A stretch of DNA of 64,000 bases, from assembly GCA_965214935.1 (NCBI GenBank), contig CBDCCS010000022.1, positions 128,001 through 192,000 of the forward strand. The letters run 5' to 3'. The stretch comes from Candidatus Velthaea sp. (GTDB taxonomy: Bacteria > Vulcanimicrobiota > Vulcanimicrobiia > Vulcanimicrobiales > Vulcanimicrobiaceae). Of this stretch, positions 38,981 through 50,688 are shown in pieces; the stretch's first letter is position 1, and each line of letters opens with the position of its first letter. A program made the position numbers and the translations under genes. The notes beneath the pieces are model-generated. The model was given only the letters and a program-made list of their open reading frames with translations, ran no database searches and was not told the DNA's origin.

Positions 38981-40456
38981 CGCAAATCCGGGCAGCCAGC
39001 TGCCGTGATAGCCGGTCGGAACGCGAACCGGCAAGTTCACCGTCGCAGCCGGCGCGCCGGTAAAATCGGCTCCGTCGATGATGACGAACGAGCTTCGGTC
39101 GGTCGCCCGATCGTAGGTGAATGCAAGGATGTAAACGTCGCCTTCGTCACGCGCGTCATGTTTGGCAACGATGGTCGGTTCGGCCACGAGCGTGGCCCAA
39201 CCGGCCGGCCGAATCGTTGCAGCATTCGTCTGCATGTCGTAGCGCACGAAGCCGTCGAAACCGCCGGCCGGCAGAGCGCTGCGCGCTTCGCTGACTCCCG
39301 CCGTCGCGGCGTAACCATAGCGATAATGCGTGCCGCCGACGGTATCGGCGACTCGCGGCAACTCGATATAGCGCTCGTCGCGCCGATCGAAGCGGCACGT
39401 ACCGGCAAGCCGATCGACTTCAAGCCGAACGAGCGCCGGCGGCGTACCATGCGGATCGATCGAGCTTTCGAGCGACGCGTGTACGATCACATCGATGAGC
39501 AGCAAATCGCCCGTCTCGTAGCCGTTGAGATAGTGCCAAAAATAAAAGCCGTCGGTGCGGATCCGCTGCGGCGGCTTGCAGACGTCGGCGCGATCGATGA
39601 TGATTATTTCGGTACCGCGTTCGGCTTCGTAGCGAAATGCCGGCTTACCGCGCATGATCGCTTGCAGATCGAAGACGAGCGGCGCAACGACGAGCACGAA
39701 CGAGCGCTCCGTCAGAAGGCAATCATGCACGATCATCGTCGCATCGAGTTCGAGCGTTAGTTCACGAACGATCGTTCCGCCGGCATCGGCAACGAAATAA
39801 ACGCAGCGCGGCGTATCGATCGCATATCGAAAAAAATGCAGCGAACCGTCATGGCGGTCGACTTTTGGGTGGGCGGTCATCGTCGCATCGAGCCGGCCGC
39901 CGAAGGTGTAGCGCCCGACGGTATGCAGCGCGCTATCCAACTCGTACGGCAAGCCGCCTTCATACAACGCTAAAATGCGGTCGGCAAAACCGATGACGTT
40001 CGTATTTGCCGCGTTTTTCACCGGGCTCGGATCGCCGTCGCGACCGATGAGCTTCTTACTGACGGGAAACGGCTTTCCGACGCTGCCGTAGATCGCCCGG
40101 CCCGCTCGCCGCTCGGCTTTCAAGCCGGCCGTTTCGATCCAGCGGTTGCGATAACGCGCGCGGCCGTCCCGCAACTCGATCGCGTGAAGCATGCCGTCGC
40201 CGTCGAACGGGAAGCGATAATCGAGCGGCTCGAATTGCGGATTGGGACCGTTACGTACGTACGTGCCGTCGAGCTCCGCCGGAATCTGCCCCTCGACAAC
40301 GAGATTGGTGAGATCGATTTCATCGCGACGCGGCGCGTTCGGTCCGAGTAAGTATGGATCGGTGTCGAACGGATGCGGCCGCGGCGCGAGTGCACGAGCG
40401 AAAGCGGTCAACGGTCCGGCGACCGCCGTCACCGTTCGCGTGACGAGCGGGTGCAT
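38969..40456 (-). CDS. carotenoid cleavage oxygenase / RPE65 family protein
   Basis: GTYVRNGPNP, FDGDGM, NTNV; four Fe-ligand His motifs TAHPK, IVHDC, FWHYLN, GYHGSW; AEP and EGDVY. Confidence 0.92.
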   Translation of the reverse strand: MHPLVTRTVTAVAGPLTAFARALAPRPHPFDTDPYLLGPNAPRRDEIDLTNLVVEGQIPAELDGTYVRNGPNPQFEPLDYRFPFDGDGMLHAIELRDGRARYRNRWIETAGLKAERRAGRAIYGSVGKPFPVSKKLIGRDGDPSPVKNAANTNVIGFADRILALYEGGLPYELDSALHTVGRYTFGGRLDATMTAHPKVDRHDGSLHFFRYAIDTPRCVYFVADAGGTIVRELTLELDATMIVHDCLLTERSFVLVVAPLVFDLQAIMRGKPAFRYEAERGTEIIIIDRADVCKPPQRIRTDGFYFWHYLNGYETGDLLLIDVIVHASLESSIDPHGTPPALVRLEVDRLAGTCRFDRRDERYIELPRVADTVGGTHYRYGYAATAGVSEARSALPAGGFDGFVRYDMQTNAATIRPAGWATLVAEPTIVAKHDARDEGDVYILAFTYDRATDRSSFVIIDGADFTGAPAATVNLPVRVPTGYHGSWLPGFALGA

Positions 40457-41577
40457 CAGTCGGCTTTGAACGCTTCTTTGACTCGCTCGAAGAACGAGCG
40501 TTCTTCGACCCGATCTCCGCCCTCGTCGGCAAAGGCTTCGAGCAATTCACGTTCGCGCTTGGAAAGTTTCGTCGGCACAACAACATGGACGGTGACGAGC
40601 TGGTCGCCGCGCGCCGTCCCGCGCACGCTGGGCATTCCGCGTCCACGTAAACGATAACTCGACCCGGATTGCGTGCCGGCTTGCAACGTCAGCGGCACGT
40701 CGCCTTCCATCGACGGCACGGCGATCTCCCCGCCCAGTGCGGCTTGCGGAAACGAGACCGGAACATCGATATACAGATCCATGCCGTCACGCCGGTAGCG
40801 TTCGTTGCGCTTCACGGATAGATAGACATAGAGATCGCCGTCCGGGCCGGAACGTACGCCGGCCTCGCCGCTGCCGCTGATCCGAATTCGCGAGCCGTCG
40901 TCGACGCCCGCCGGGATTTTTACCGTAAGCGCTTTTTCGGTTTCAATCCGGCCGCGGCCGCGGCACACCTGACACGGCGAGGGGATCATTTGCCCGTCGC
41001 CGCCGCATTTCGAACAGGTCGTCTGCGTGACGAATTGGCCCAGCGGCGTCTGGCGAACCTGACGCATGACACCGCTTCCGGCGCAGCGGTCGCAGGCCGT
41101 GATGAGCGTCCCGGGCTCGGCGCCCGAACCTTTACAGGTCGCACACGACGCAAGATGGTTGAACGAAATGTCGCGTTGCGTCCCGGCGAACGCTTCTTCG
41201 AGCGTGATTTCGATGTCGTAACGCAGGTCGCTGCCGCGCGCCGGACCATTGCGGCGCGGCGCCTGAGCCGCTCCGCCGCCGCGCTGTGCGCCGAAGAACA
41301 TATCGAAAATATCGCCGAAACCATCGGCGCCGCCGGCAGCACCGAACCCGCCGCCATCCGCACCGGCATGACCGAAGCGATCGTAGTTCGCCCGCTTTTG
41401 CGGATCGCTTAGTACTTCGTAGGCTTCGTTGATCTCTTTGAATTTGTGCTCGGCGGCAACTTTATCTTCGTTGACGTCCGGATGGTGCTTGCGGGCGAGT
41501 TGCCGGTACGCACGCTTAATATCCGTGTCGTCGGCGCCGCGCGCAACGCCGAGCACATCGTAGTAATCGGTTGCCAT
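40456..41577 (-). CDS. dnaJ: chaperone DnaJ
   Basis: [14 protein letters not shown] region, four CxxCxGxG repeats. Confidence 0.97.
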   Translation of the reverse strand: MATDYYDVLGVARGADDTDIKRAYRQLARKHHPDVNEDKVAAEHKFKEINEAYEVLSDPQKRANYDRFGHAGADGGGFGAAGGADGFGDIFDMFFGAQRGGGAAQAPRRNGPARGSDLRYDIEITLEEAFAGTQRDISFNHLASCATCKGSGAEPGTLITACDRCAGSGVMRQVRQTPLGQFVTQTTCSKCGGDGQMIPSPCQVCRGRGRIETEKALTVKIPAGVDDGSRIRISGSGEAGVRSGPDGDLYVYLSVKRNERYRRDGMDLYIDVPVSFPQAALGGEIAVPSMEGDVPLTLQAGTQSGSSYRLRGRGMPSVRGTARGDQLVTVHVVVPTKLSKRERELLEAFADEGGDRVEERSFFERVKEAFKAD

Positions 41578-41582
41578 GCGCG

Positions 41583-42641
41583 CTATCGCAACTCGAGATC
41601 GTCGAGATGCGCGCCGAGCGAGTCGGCGGTTCCCGAAGCTAGCGCCATCAAACGCGCGTACGGCATGCGGCGTGGTCCGAGTATGGCAATCATGCCGACA
41701 CCGCGGTCGCCGAAACGATAAGGGACGGTCACCATGCTGCACTCCGACATTGCGTCTTCTCCGAGTTCGCGTCCGATTTTTACCATCGGAGTGGTGACAT
41801 TCGCATCAGGCTTAATAGATTCAGCAACAAGATCGTAAAGCGTCTTTTGTTCTTCAACTATATGTAAAATCGTACGCAACTTGCGCAGATCGTGGAATTC
41901 CGGCTGATCCAGCAGATTTTGCGTTCCGGACGCTGCAAGCTGCGGTTCGGCGCTCTGCCGGGCCGCTCGAAATGCCGTGCTGACGACCGTCGCCAATTCA
42001 TCGCTGATATGAAACTCCGCGGCGACCGCGGCAAGATCTTCGGCGATGATGTCTTCGATGATCCGTCCGGACAAGCGTGCGTTAAGCGCGTTCGAGAGCC
42101 GCGTAAGGTCGTCCGCCGGTACGTCGATCTGCCATTCAACCGCGGTTTGCGATGCAACGCCCATCGATGTAACGACGATCGCCAGCGCCGTTCGCGGCGA
42201 AAGCCAAATGAGCTGGATGTTCTTGAACGCATGCGTATCGCGCGACGGGGCGACGGCGAACACGAGATTTTTCGATAAGCTCGAAAGCATCCGCGTCGTT
42301 TGCTCGATAACGTCGGACAGCTCGCGGCTGGCAGCGCGGAACTGTTCGCGAATTCGCCGCGCATCGTCGCTGGGCAACGACTCGGCAGGCATCAACCGGT
42401 CGACATAGGTGCGGTAACCGGCATCGGACGGCACGCGACCGGCCGACGTGTGCGGCTGGACGAGATAGCCGAGAGCTTCGAGTTCGGCCATTTCATTACG
42501 GATCGTCGCCGAAGAGACGCCCAAATTATACTTGTGCGTCAACGTGTTGGAACCGACCGGTTCGGCGGTTGCGATGTATTCGTACACAACCGTCGCCAGT
42601 ATGAAGGCCTTGCGTTTATCGAGCTCGAGCTTGTCTTTCAT
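41583..42641 (-). CDS. hrcA: heat-inducible transcription repressor
   Basis: [51 protein letters not shown] motifs. Confidence 0.97.
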   Translation of the reverse strand: MKDKLELDKRKAFILATVVYEYIATAEPVGSNTLTHKYNLGVSSATIRNEMAELEALGYLVQPHTSAGRVPSDAGYRTYVDRLMPAESLPSDDARRIREQFRAASRELSDVIEQTTRMLSSLSKNLVFAVAPSRDTHAFKNIQLIWLSPRTALAIVVTSMGVASQTAVEWQIDVPADDLTRLSNALNARLSGRIIEDIIAEDLAAVAAEFHISDELATVVSTAFRAARQSAEPQLAASGTQNLLDQPEFHDLRKLRTILHIVEEQKTLYDLVAESIKPDANVTTPMVKIGRELGEDAMSECSMVTVPYRFGDRGVGMIAILGPRRMPYARLMALASGTADSLGAHLDDLELR

Positions 42642-42649
42642 CTATCCCG

Positions 42650-42676
42650 CTAGCAGTCGTGGCACCCGACTGCCAA
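42650..42676 (-). promoter_or_regulatory. CIRCE operator
   Basis: TTGGCAGTC-N9-GACTGCTAG versus consensus TTAGCACTC-N9-GAGTGCTAA (7/9 in each arm), 8 nt upstream of the hrcA ATG. Confidence 0.85.
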
Positions 42677-42759
42677 GAATTATTGGTAAGCGTAGCATTC
42701 CCCGTTTCAACGGTCAAGTTCATGAAGGGCTCGGGCCGGACGGAGGAAAGCACCACGCA

Positions 42760-44727
<1,968 letters not shown>

Positions 44728-44729
44728 CG

Positions 44730-45383
44730 CTGAACACCGACTTCGACCAAGCAGAACGCGCCGCACTCTACCGTGCGATCGCATTGCGCCGTGACGTTCG
44801 AGCTGAATTTACCTCCGAACCGGTCGACGACGAGATGCTCGTCCGGATTCTCGGCGCTGCACATCAGGCACCGTCGGTCGGACTGTCGCAGCCGTGGCGT
44901 TTCATCGTCGTACGCGATCGCATAACCCGGCAGGCGGCTTACAACGCATTCTTGCGTGAGAACGCAGCAGCAGCGGCAACCTACGACATCGAGACGCAAG
45001 AACGGTACATCCCGCTTCGGCTCGCCGGGATTCTCGAGGCACCCGTGAATATTTGCGTAACGTGCGATGACGATCCCAATCGCGGCAAGGGTTTAGGGCG
45101 GCGTACGATGCCCGAAACCGCACGCTATTCAACGGTTTGCGCAATACAGAATCTTTGGCTTGCAGCGCGCGTCGAGGGGCTCGGCGTCGGCTGGGTGAGC
45201 ATCATCGAACCCGCCGAGCTGCGGACGCTTCTGGCGATTCCCGACGGCTTGGCGATCGTCGCTTATTTGTGCGTGGGTCACGTCCGCACGTTTGCGCCGC
45301 TTGCCGATCTCGAGCGCGACCGATGGGAGCAGCGCGTCCCGCTCGACGAAGTGCTCGACTACGAACGCTACGGCAAGAAATGA
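44730..45383 (+). CDS. bluB: 5,6-dimethylbenzimidazole synthase
   Basis: AERAALYRAIALRRDVR, AAHQAPSVGLSQPWRF, LRLAGILEAP, YSTVCAIQNLWLAARVEGLGVGWVS; probable CTG start. Confidence 0.92.
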   Translation: MNTDFDQAERAALYRAIALRRDVRAEFTSEPVDDEMLVRILGAAHQAPSVGLSQPWRFIVVRDRITRQAAYNAFLRENAAAAATYDIETQERYIPLRLAGILEAPVNICVTCDDDPNRGKGLGRRTMPETARYSTVCAIQNLWLAARVEGLGVGWVSIIEPAELRTLLAIPDGLAIVAYLCVGHVRTFAPLADLERDRWEQRVPLDEVLDYERYGKK

Positions 45384-45465
45384 GCAGCAGCGAGGCTCTC
45401 GGCGCGATTGACAGACTCCTGCGAGCGCAGGAATGTGCGCCGGCGTAAGTTCGATGAAACGAAGG

Positions 45466-45530
45466 TTCGCTGCAGCTACAATTCGCTGCCAGCCACGCTT
45501 CGCTGCCAGCCACGGTTCGCTGCAAGCGCA
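45466..45530. repeat. four-copy 16-17 bp imperfect tandem repeat (core TTCGCTGC)
   Basis: TTCGCTGC at 45466, 45482, 45499 and 45516; copies 2 and 3 share TTCGCTGCCAGCCACG. Confidence 0.8.
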
Positions 45531-45682
45531 GCTTCATATACGAGTTCGTCGGCACGCCTGAACCTTAGGCTTACTTGATTTTTCATTTTGCCGAATATCG
45601 TGATGCGGTCTCCGCTCATTTGAAGATTTTGTCCGGGAGTTTGCTGCCGAGCGTTGTGCCTTAACGGAGCGTTAATCCGATC

Positions 45683-46792
45683 GTGCGACAGTTTTATGCA
45701 ACAGAGAGCATGTGGGAGAACGCCGTGCGCCGATCGCTTCGTTCGACTTTCGTTTTAGCGCTGACGTCGTGCGTCATCTTTAGTAGCTCGCGAGTTGACG
45801 CGCATCGCTTGCACGTTCGTACGCTCGACCTGCCGGTCACGCAAAGCGCGTCCGATCTTACGGTTCGGCCGTTTGCGTCGGGGACGCCGAACGGCGTAAC
45901 CAATCCTGATTCGATCGTCGTCACCAAGCAGCACGTGTACATTGCGTATCAGAACGACACGCCGCCGACGGGAAGTGCACTCAAGAGCACGATCGTGCAG
46001 TATGATCGCGCGGGGCACGTCGTGCGGACCGTTGCGGTGACGGGCCGTTGTGACGGCATGCGATGGAACCCCTACACGCACACGCTTTGGGCGACCGTCA
46101 ACGAAGATTCGTATCCGGGCCTGTATGTAATCTCGCCGCAACGCTCGACGTTACGGCGTTATGCTTTTGCGTGGCCGACGCCGCATGGCGGCGGTTACGA
46201 TGATATCGGATTTAGTCAGGGCAAAGCATTCGTCTCGGGCTCCAATCCGACGCTCAACGCCGCGGGCGTAAATGTGTTCCCGGCAGTCGATGAAGTGACG
46301 CTGCAAGCCGACGGCCGGGCCGTTGTTTCACCGGTGATCTCCGGCAATGCACTGGTCAAAGATACGACGACCAACACGTTCGTGCACATCAACGCAATCG
46401 ACCCCGACTCGATGCAGATCGCGCCCAACGGCGACGTGGTGCTCGTCGATCAAGCCGGAACGGAGCTTGTCTTCATTCACAATCCGGGCACGAAGAACCA
46501 GTGGCTGAGCCGGATCCCGACCGGTACCCAGCTCGACGACATCGACGTGACGCGTTCGGCACACGGCGCGCTTTATATCGTCGACAGCCATAAGAATCTC
46601 ACCTCGATCGTCACGGCGGCACGTTGGCCGATCGGGCAAATTTGGACCGAAGCGCCGAGCGACTCGGGCGTGGCAGGCTTCGTCGGAACGCTCGATCTTT
46701 CGACCGGCAACATCGTGCCGCAACTCATCGGCTTCGGCAGCCCGACCGGTTTAATTTGGGTCGACGACTCCGCACCCGACGAAGGCTCGTAA
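45683..46792 (+). CDS. secreted hypothetical protein, probable beta-propeller
   Basis: Signal-like segment; repeated PDSI/CDGM/YDDI/PDSM/PTGL blade-start motifs; start uncertain. Confidence 0.7.
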   Translation: MRQFYATESMWENAVRRSLRSTFVLALTSCVIFSSSRVDAHRLHVRTLDLPVTQSASDLTVRPFASGTPNGVTNPDSIVVTKQHVYIAYQNDTPPTGSALKSTIVQYDRAGHVVRTVAVTGRCDGMRWNPYTHTLWATVNEDSYPGLYVISPQRSTLRRYAFAWPTPHGGGYDDIGFSQGKAFVSGSNPTLNAAGVNVFPAVDEVTLQADGRAVVSPVISGNALVKDTTTNTFVHINAIDPDSMQIAPNGDVVLVDQAGTELVFIHNPGTKNQWLSRIPTGTQLDDIDVTRSAHGALYIVDSHKNLTSIVTAARWPIGQIWTEAPSDSGVAGFVGTLDLSTGNIVPQLIGFGSPTGLIWVDDSAPDEGS

Positions 46793-46794
46793 CC

Positions 46795-47412
46795 TCACAG
46801 CCAGCCGCGGTCGCGCGCGATTCGCGCAGCATCGATACGATTGGTACCGCCGACTTTGCCGATCGCCTCGGACAGGTAGTTGCGTACAGTGCCGTCGCTC
46901 AAACCAAGTTTTCGGGCAATTGCACTTGCGGTCAATCCTTCGCCGCCCAAGCGCAGTACCGTTCGTTCGCGTTCGCTGAGCGGATCGCGCTCGACCCACG
47001 AGTCGAGCGCTAAGCTGGGATCGATGACGCGTTCGCCTCGAGCAACACGCCGAACGGCCGCGGCAAGTTCGCTCGACGGGCGGTCTTTGAGCACGTAGCC
47101 GGCAACGCCGGCATCAAGTGCGCGCCGCAAATAGCCGCTGCGCGCAAAGGTGGTAACGATGATCACGCGCGTCGGCAGTTTACGCGTTTGGATATCGGCG
47201 GCAAGTTGCAGACCGGTTCGTTTCGGCATTTCGATATCGGTGACGAGTACGTCCGGGACGAGCGATTCGACAAGCTTGCATGCCGCTTCGCCGTCTTCGG
47301 CCTGCGCGACGACATCGATGTCTCCCGCAAGTTGCAACAACGCCGCAAGCGCACCGCGGACCATCGCTTGATCTTCAGCGATGACCACGCGAACGCGCTG
47401 CGTCCCGATCAC
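46795..47412 (-). CDS. NarL/DesR-like response regulator
   Basis: AEDQAMVRGAL, TDIEMP, TTFARSGYLRRA, LSDGTVRNYLS motifs. Confidence 0.93.
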   Translation of the reverse strand: MIGTQRVRVVIAEDQAMVRGALAALLQLAGDIDVVAQAEDGEAACKLVESLVPDVLVTDIEMPKRTGLQLAADIQTRKLPTRVIIVTTFARSGYLRRALDAGVAGYVLKDRPSSELAAAVRRVARGERVIDPSLALDSWVERDPLSERERTVLRLGGEGLTASAIARKLGLSDGTVRNYLSEAIGKVGGTNRIDAARIARDRGWL

Positions 47413-48509
47413 GCCGGCAAGGTGACGATCAAGCGCGTTCCATTCGCAACGTCGCGTACGAGCGTTCCGCCCAGCGCTTCAACCCGTTCGCGCATTCCGG
47501 CCAGACCAAAACCGTCGCTCGTCGCATTGCCTTTGCCGTCGTCGGCAATCTCGAGCCGCACCGACCCGCCGGCGCGTCGGAGGCACAAGCGACACGAACG
47601 CGCTCGTGCATGACGGATGATATTGGTGACGCCTTCGCGCATCGCTAAAGCAAGTACACCCTCTTGCGTCGCCGTCAACGGCAGCTTCTCGCTTTCACAC
47701 GCCACCTCTAAACCGGCGATCTCGAGCACGTCGCGCGCACGCGTGAACTCAGCGTCGATACCGGCCGAACGGTATCCGGCAACGGCTTTGCGTAACTCGC
47801 CGAGCGTTTCGCGCGCGATCTGTTCGACATCCCGAATCTCATGCGCGGCGCGCACGATGTCGCCTTCGGAAAGTTTCGCCGCGAGCTCCGATTTTAGCAC
47901 GATGACGGAAAGTGTATGACCCAGGACATCGTGCAAGTCGCGCGCGATTCGCTCGCGCTCGGCAACTTTGGCGATACGCTCGATCTCTGCGTGCGCTAAG
48001 CGCAAAGCAGCATCCGCGCGACGACGTTCGGCACTGCGCGCACCGACCGAACCGAGAACGGTGGAAAGCACGAGGGTGTAACCGATCGAATAGGCCGGCA
48101 AGTGCAGCGCAGCGCAAAGTGCCGCGACGATAACAACGTAAATTCCGACATTACGATACGCGCGTTCCGGCGGCTCGATCCACGCGACGCAGCACGCTCC
48201 GTACACAAAGTAACTGATCGCCGCGTCATTGCCCGGCGCGAAGAGCGCACCCAATAGGACCATGCCGGCAATAACGGCGACCTGTTGCCGGCCCCCAACC
48301 CAATAGGCGCGAAAGTACAAAGTGAGGAAGGCGACGAGGCCCGCGAGCGTCGCTGCCCATGCCGCCGGCGACTGACGATCGAAATACGCTTCAATGGGAA
48401 TCGGAAGCAGATAGACGAGCCACGCATAAGGCATCCAGCCTTGATCGAGATGCTCGGGCAGCAAACGCAACGCACCTTGCGATTGCCGCGCCGGCCGAGC
48501 GTCAGCCAT
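47409..48509 (-). CDS. DesK-like HisKA_3 membrane sensor kinase
   Basis: Several TMs; ERERIARDLHDVLGHTLS, REGVTNIIRHA, DDGKG, GFGLAGMRER motifs. Confidence 0.93.
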   Translation of the reverse strand: MADARPARQSQGALRLLPEHLDQGWMPYAWLVYLLPIPIEAYFDRQSPAAWAATLAGLVAFLTLYFRAYWVGGRQQVAVIAGMVLLGALFAPGNDAAISYFVYGACCVAWIEPPERAYRNVGIYVVIVAALCAALHLPAYSIGYTLVLSTVLGSVGARSAERRRADAALRLAHAEIERIAKVAERERIARDLHDVLGHTLSVIVLKSELAAKLSEGDIVRAAHEIRDVEQIARETLGELRKAVAGYRSAGIDAEFTRARDVLEIAGLEVACESEKLPLTATQEGVLALAMREGVTNIIRHARARSCRLCLRRAGGSVRLEIADDGKGNATSDGFGLAGMRERVEALGGTLVRDVANGTRLIVTLPA

Positions 48510-48523
48510 GCCGCACGCGTGAA

Positions 48524-49285
48524 TCAACCATAGACCGAACCTTCGTCGCGCCGAAAGCCGACCGCTGCCGCCGATATGCCCACGACGGTGAAGGCGACAA
48601 GTGCGAGGACGTGCACCCACAAAGCGCCGCCGTCACTCGCGCCGATCGTGCCGAGCGCGAGTTGTCCTAAGTGATATGCGGGAAGCCACGGCGCGATGTG
48701 CACCACGGCCGGCGGCAGCAGCGAAATCGGAATCCACAAACCGGACAAGAACGACATTGGAAGGTACACGAGGTTCACGACCGCCGGCGCCGAGTTCGGC
48801 TTGACCAGCGATCCGATTGCTAAACCGATGGCGCACATCGGTATTGCGCCCAGAACGAGCGCGCCGCCCAATGCGAGCCATACCCCCGGCGCAAGCCGCA
48901 CGTTGCCGAAAACCGCCCCGGCGATGAACAGCAGCGTGACCACGGCAGCCGAAAAGACGGCGTTCGTTACGAGCTTCGCGAAAAAATAGGCTAGCGGCGG
49001 CATCGGACTTGCACGCTTTACCAACAGCCAGCCCTGACCCCGTTCCATCGCGACGTTAACGCCGAAGCTGAATAACGCCGCGGCGGTCACGCCGAACGCG
49101 CCGTACGTCGCCAGCAAATAGGTGGCTTGCGTGACGTTGCCGATGCGCTCGCCGCCGAACGTCAATCCGAAGAACGCATAAAACATCAGCGGGATGGCAA
49201 GCGTCGATAAGACGTACGTCGGCAGCCGCGAAAGTTTGGTCAACTCGAAACGTGACTCGAGCATATAGGTGCGGGCGATACTCAT
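48524..49285 (-). CDS. ABC-2 type exporter permease
   Basis: Six TMs; ERGQGWLLVKRASP, LSGLWIP, PAYHL motifs. Confidence 0.88.
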   Translation of the reverse strand: MSIARTYMLESRFELTKLSRLPTYVLSTLAIPLMFYAFFGLTFGGERIGNVTQATYLLATYGAFGVTAAALFSFGVNVAMERGQGWLLVKRASPMPPLAYFFAKLVTNAVFSAAVVTLLFIAGAVFGNVRLAPGVWLALGGALVLGAIPMCAIGLAIGSLVKPNSAPAVVNLVYLPMSFLSGLWIPISLLPPAVVHIAPWLPAYHLGQLALGTIGASDGGALWVHVLALVAFTVVGISAAAVGFRRDEGSVYG

Positions 49286-50016
49286 GATACTCTTTCCAAG
49301 CGCGCAGCGCCGGTTAACGAGAGATAGGCCGATTCCAGATCTTGCGCACCGGCACGCGTTTTGATTGCATCGGGCGTCCCTTGGGCGACGATCGTACCGC
49401 CGGTAATAAGTGCTATTCGATCGGCAAGCGCATCCGCTTCACCAAGATAATGCGTGGTCAACAGAACGCTGCGGCCGCGTGCGACGTAGCTGCGAATCTG
49501 CCCCCACAGCAGTTGCCGCGTCTCGATGTCGAGACCGACGGTCGGCTCGTCGAGAAACAGAATATCCGGATCGCCGCAGATCGCCAGCGCGAAGTACAGG
49601 CGCTGCTTTTGGCCACCCGATAGTTGACCGAAGCGGCGATTCTGCAGTCCGTCGAGCGCGGCAAGCCGCAATGTTTCCGATCGCGGTAGCGGGTGCGGGT
49701 AATAACTCGAAAACAGCGTGACGTGTTCGGCCACGGTCAACGTGGCGGGAATATTCGCGACCTGTAACATTGCGCCGCTGCGCACGCGGTTATGCGTTGC
49801 ATACGGATCGCGGCCGAAGATGCGTGCCGAACCGGCCGTCGGCCGCTGCAAGCCGAGCAGCAGCCGGATCGCGGTGGTTTTCCCCGCACCGTTCGGTCCG
49901 AGCAGGGCGAGCGTTTCGCCTGGTGCGACGCTCAGACTAACATCCTTGAGAGCTGCAATTTGACCGTAGTACTTATCAACGTGATCCAGTTGCGCCGGAA
50001 CCGACTCAGCAAACAT
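49282..50016 (-). CDS. ABC exporter ATP-binding protein
   Basis: GPNGAGKTT, LSGGQKQR, LDEPTVGLD, TTHYL motifs; GGAGGT SD. Confidence 0.93.
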   Translation of the reverse strand: MFAESVPAQLDHVDKYYGQIAALKDVSLSVAPGETLALLGPNGAGKTTAIRLLLGLQRPTAGSARIFGRDPYATHNRVRSGAMLQVANIPATLTVAEHVTLFSSYYPHPLPRSETLRLAALDGLQNRRFGQLSGGQKQRLYFALAICGDPDILFLDEPTVGLDIETRQLLWGQIRSYVARGRSVLLTTHYLGEADALADRIALITGGTIVAQGTPDAIKTRAGAQDLESAYLSLTGAARLERVS

Positions 50017-50089
50017 TCTGTAATACCTCCGCACGGAGTATCGCGCATGCGTCGCTTTAGCGGTAAGTCGATATCGTCACGTTCGCAGT

Positions 50090-50190
50090 ATGATACTTGT
50101 CATGCCCCGTCCCGAGCCGGTGTTTTGCCCGCGCGCGATCGGCTCGTTAGCTCAACGGGCGTATCGGTTTGCACATGATGCTTGTCATGC
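50090..50190. promoter_or_regulatory. two candidate DesR/NarL-type binding boxes
   Basis: ATGATACTTGTCATGC (50090-50105) and ATGATGCTTGTCATGC (50175-50190); on the minus strand ATGACA-N2-(T/C)ATCAT imperfect palindromes, upstream of the ABC-TCS operon. Confidence 0.6.
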
Positions 50191-50688
50191 GACGTCCCAA
50201 GCTCCAGTAATCGTCCTAGCGCGATCGGCTTGTAACTGCGACATGGCGTGCGAATCGCTACACCGCCGTTCCATGCGAACGGTCTGCCTTCAGCGACGCG
50301 CCCCGCCGCGCCGCCGACTGCCGTCAATCGCTAGCGCCCGAATTACTCAACCCTTCACGCTCCGCGATCGCCGCCTGCTGTACGTTTTCACCTCACGGCT
50401 GCAAGCATAGTTGCCGGGCCGCGCCGACATTCAGTCATAGGCGATGCAAGATGCGGCTACCGAGATAGTCACTTTAATGCAGCAGAACTGAGATGCGCAT
50501 TTGCCGGCAAAAGCACGTCGATTAACATTGCGCCGCAGCATTTCGCCGGACCGCCGAGAGCAATGCCGTGTGCTCAGATATTTGACTTTCTCTTTTTGCT
50601 TCGCAAACGTAGCGTGCCGGACCGAACGAGCGCTATAGTCACCGGACGACTTTCGCTGTATCATCTCAGCTAGAGTAAGGTTCGGCGG

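Noticed and set aside
45466..45530. CRISPR array
   Set aside because: Units are only 16-17 bp and contiguous, with no unique ~30-bp spacers and no cas genes
50200..50688. Protein-coding gene or ncRNA in the long intergenic region
   Set aside because: Only short, compositionally implausible ORFs and no recognisable RNA motif
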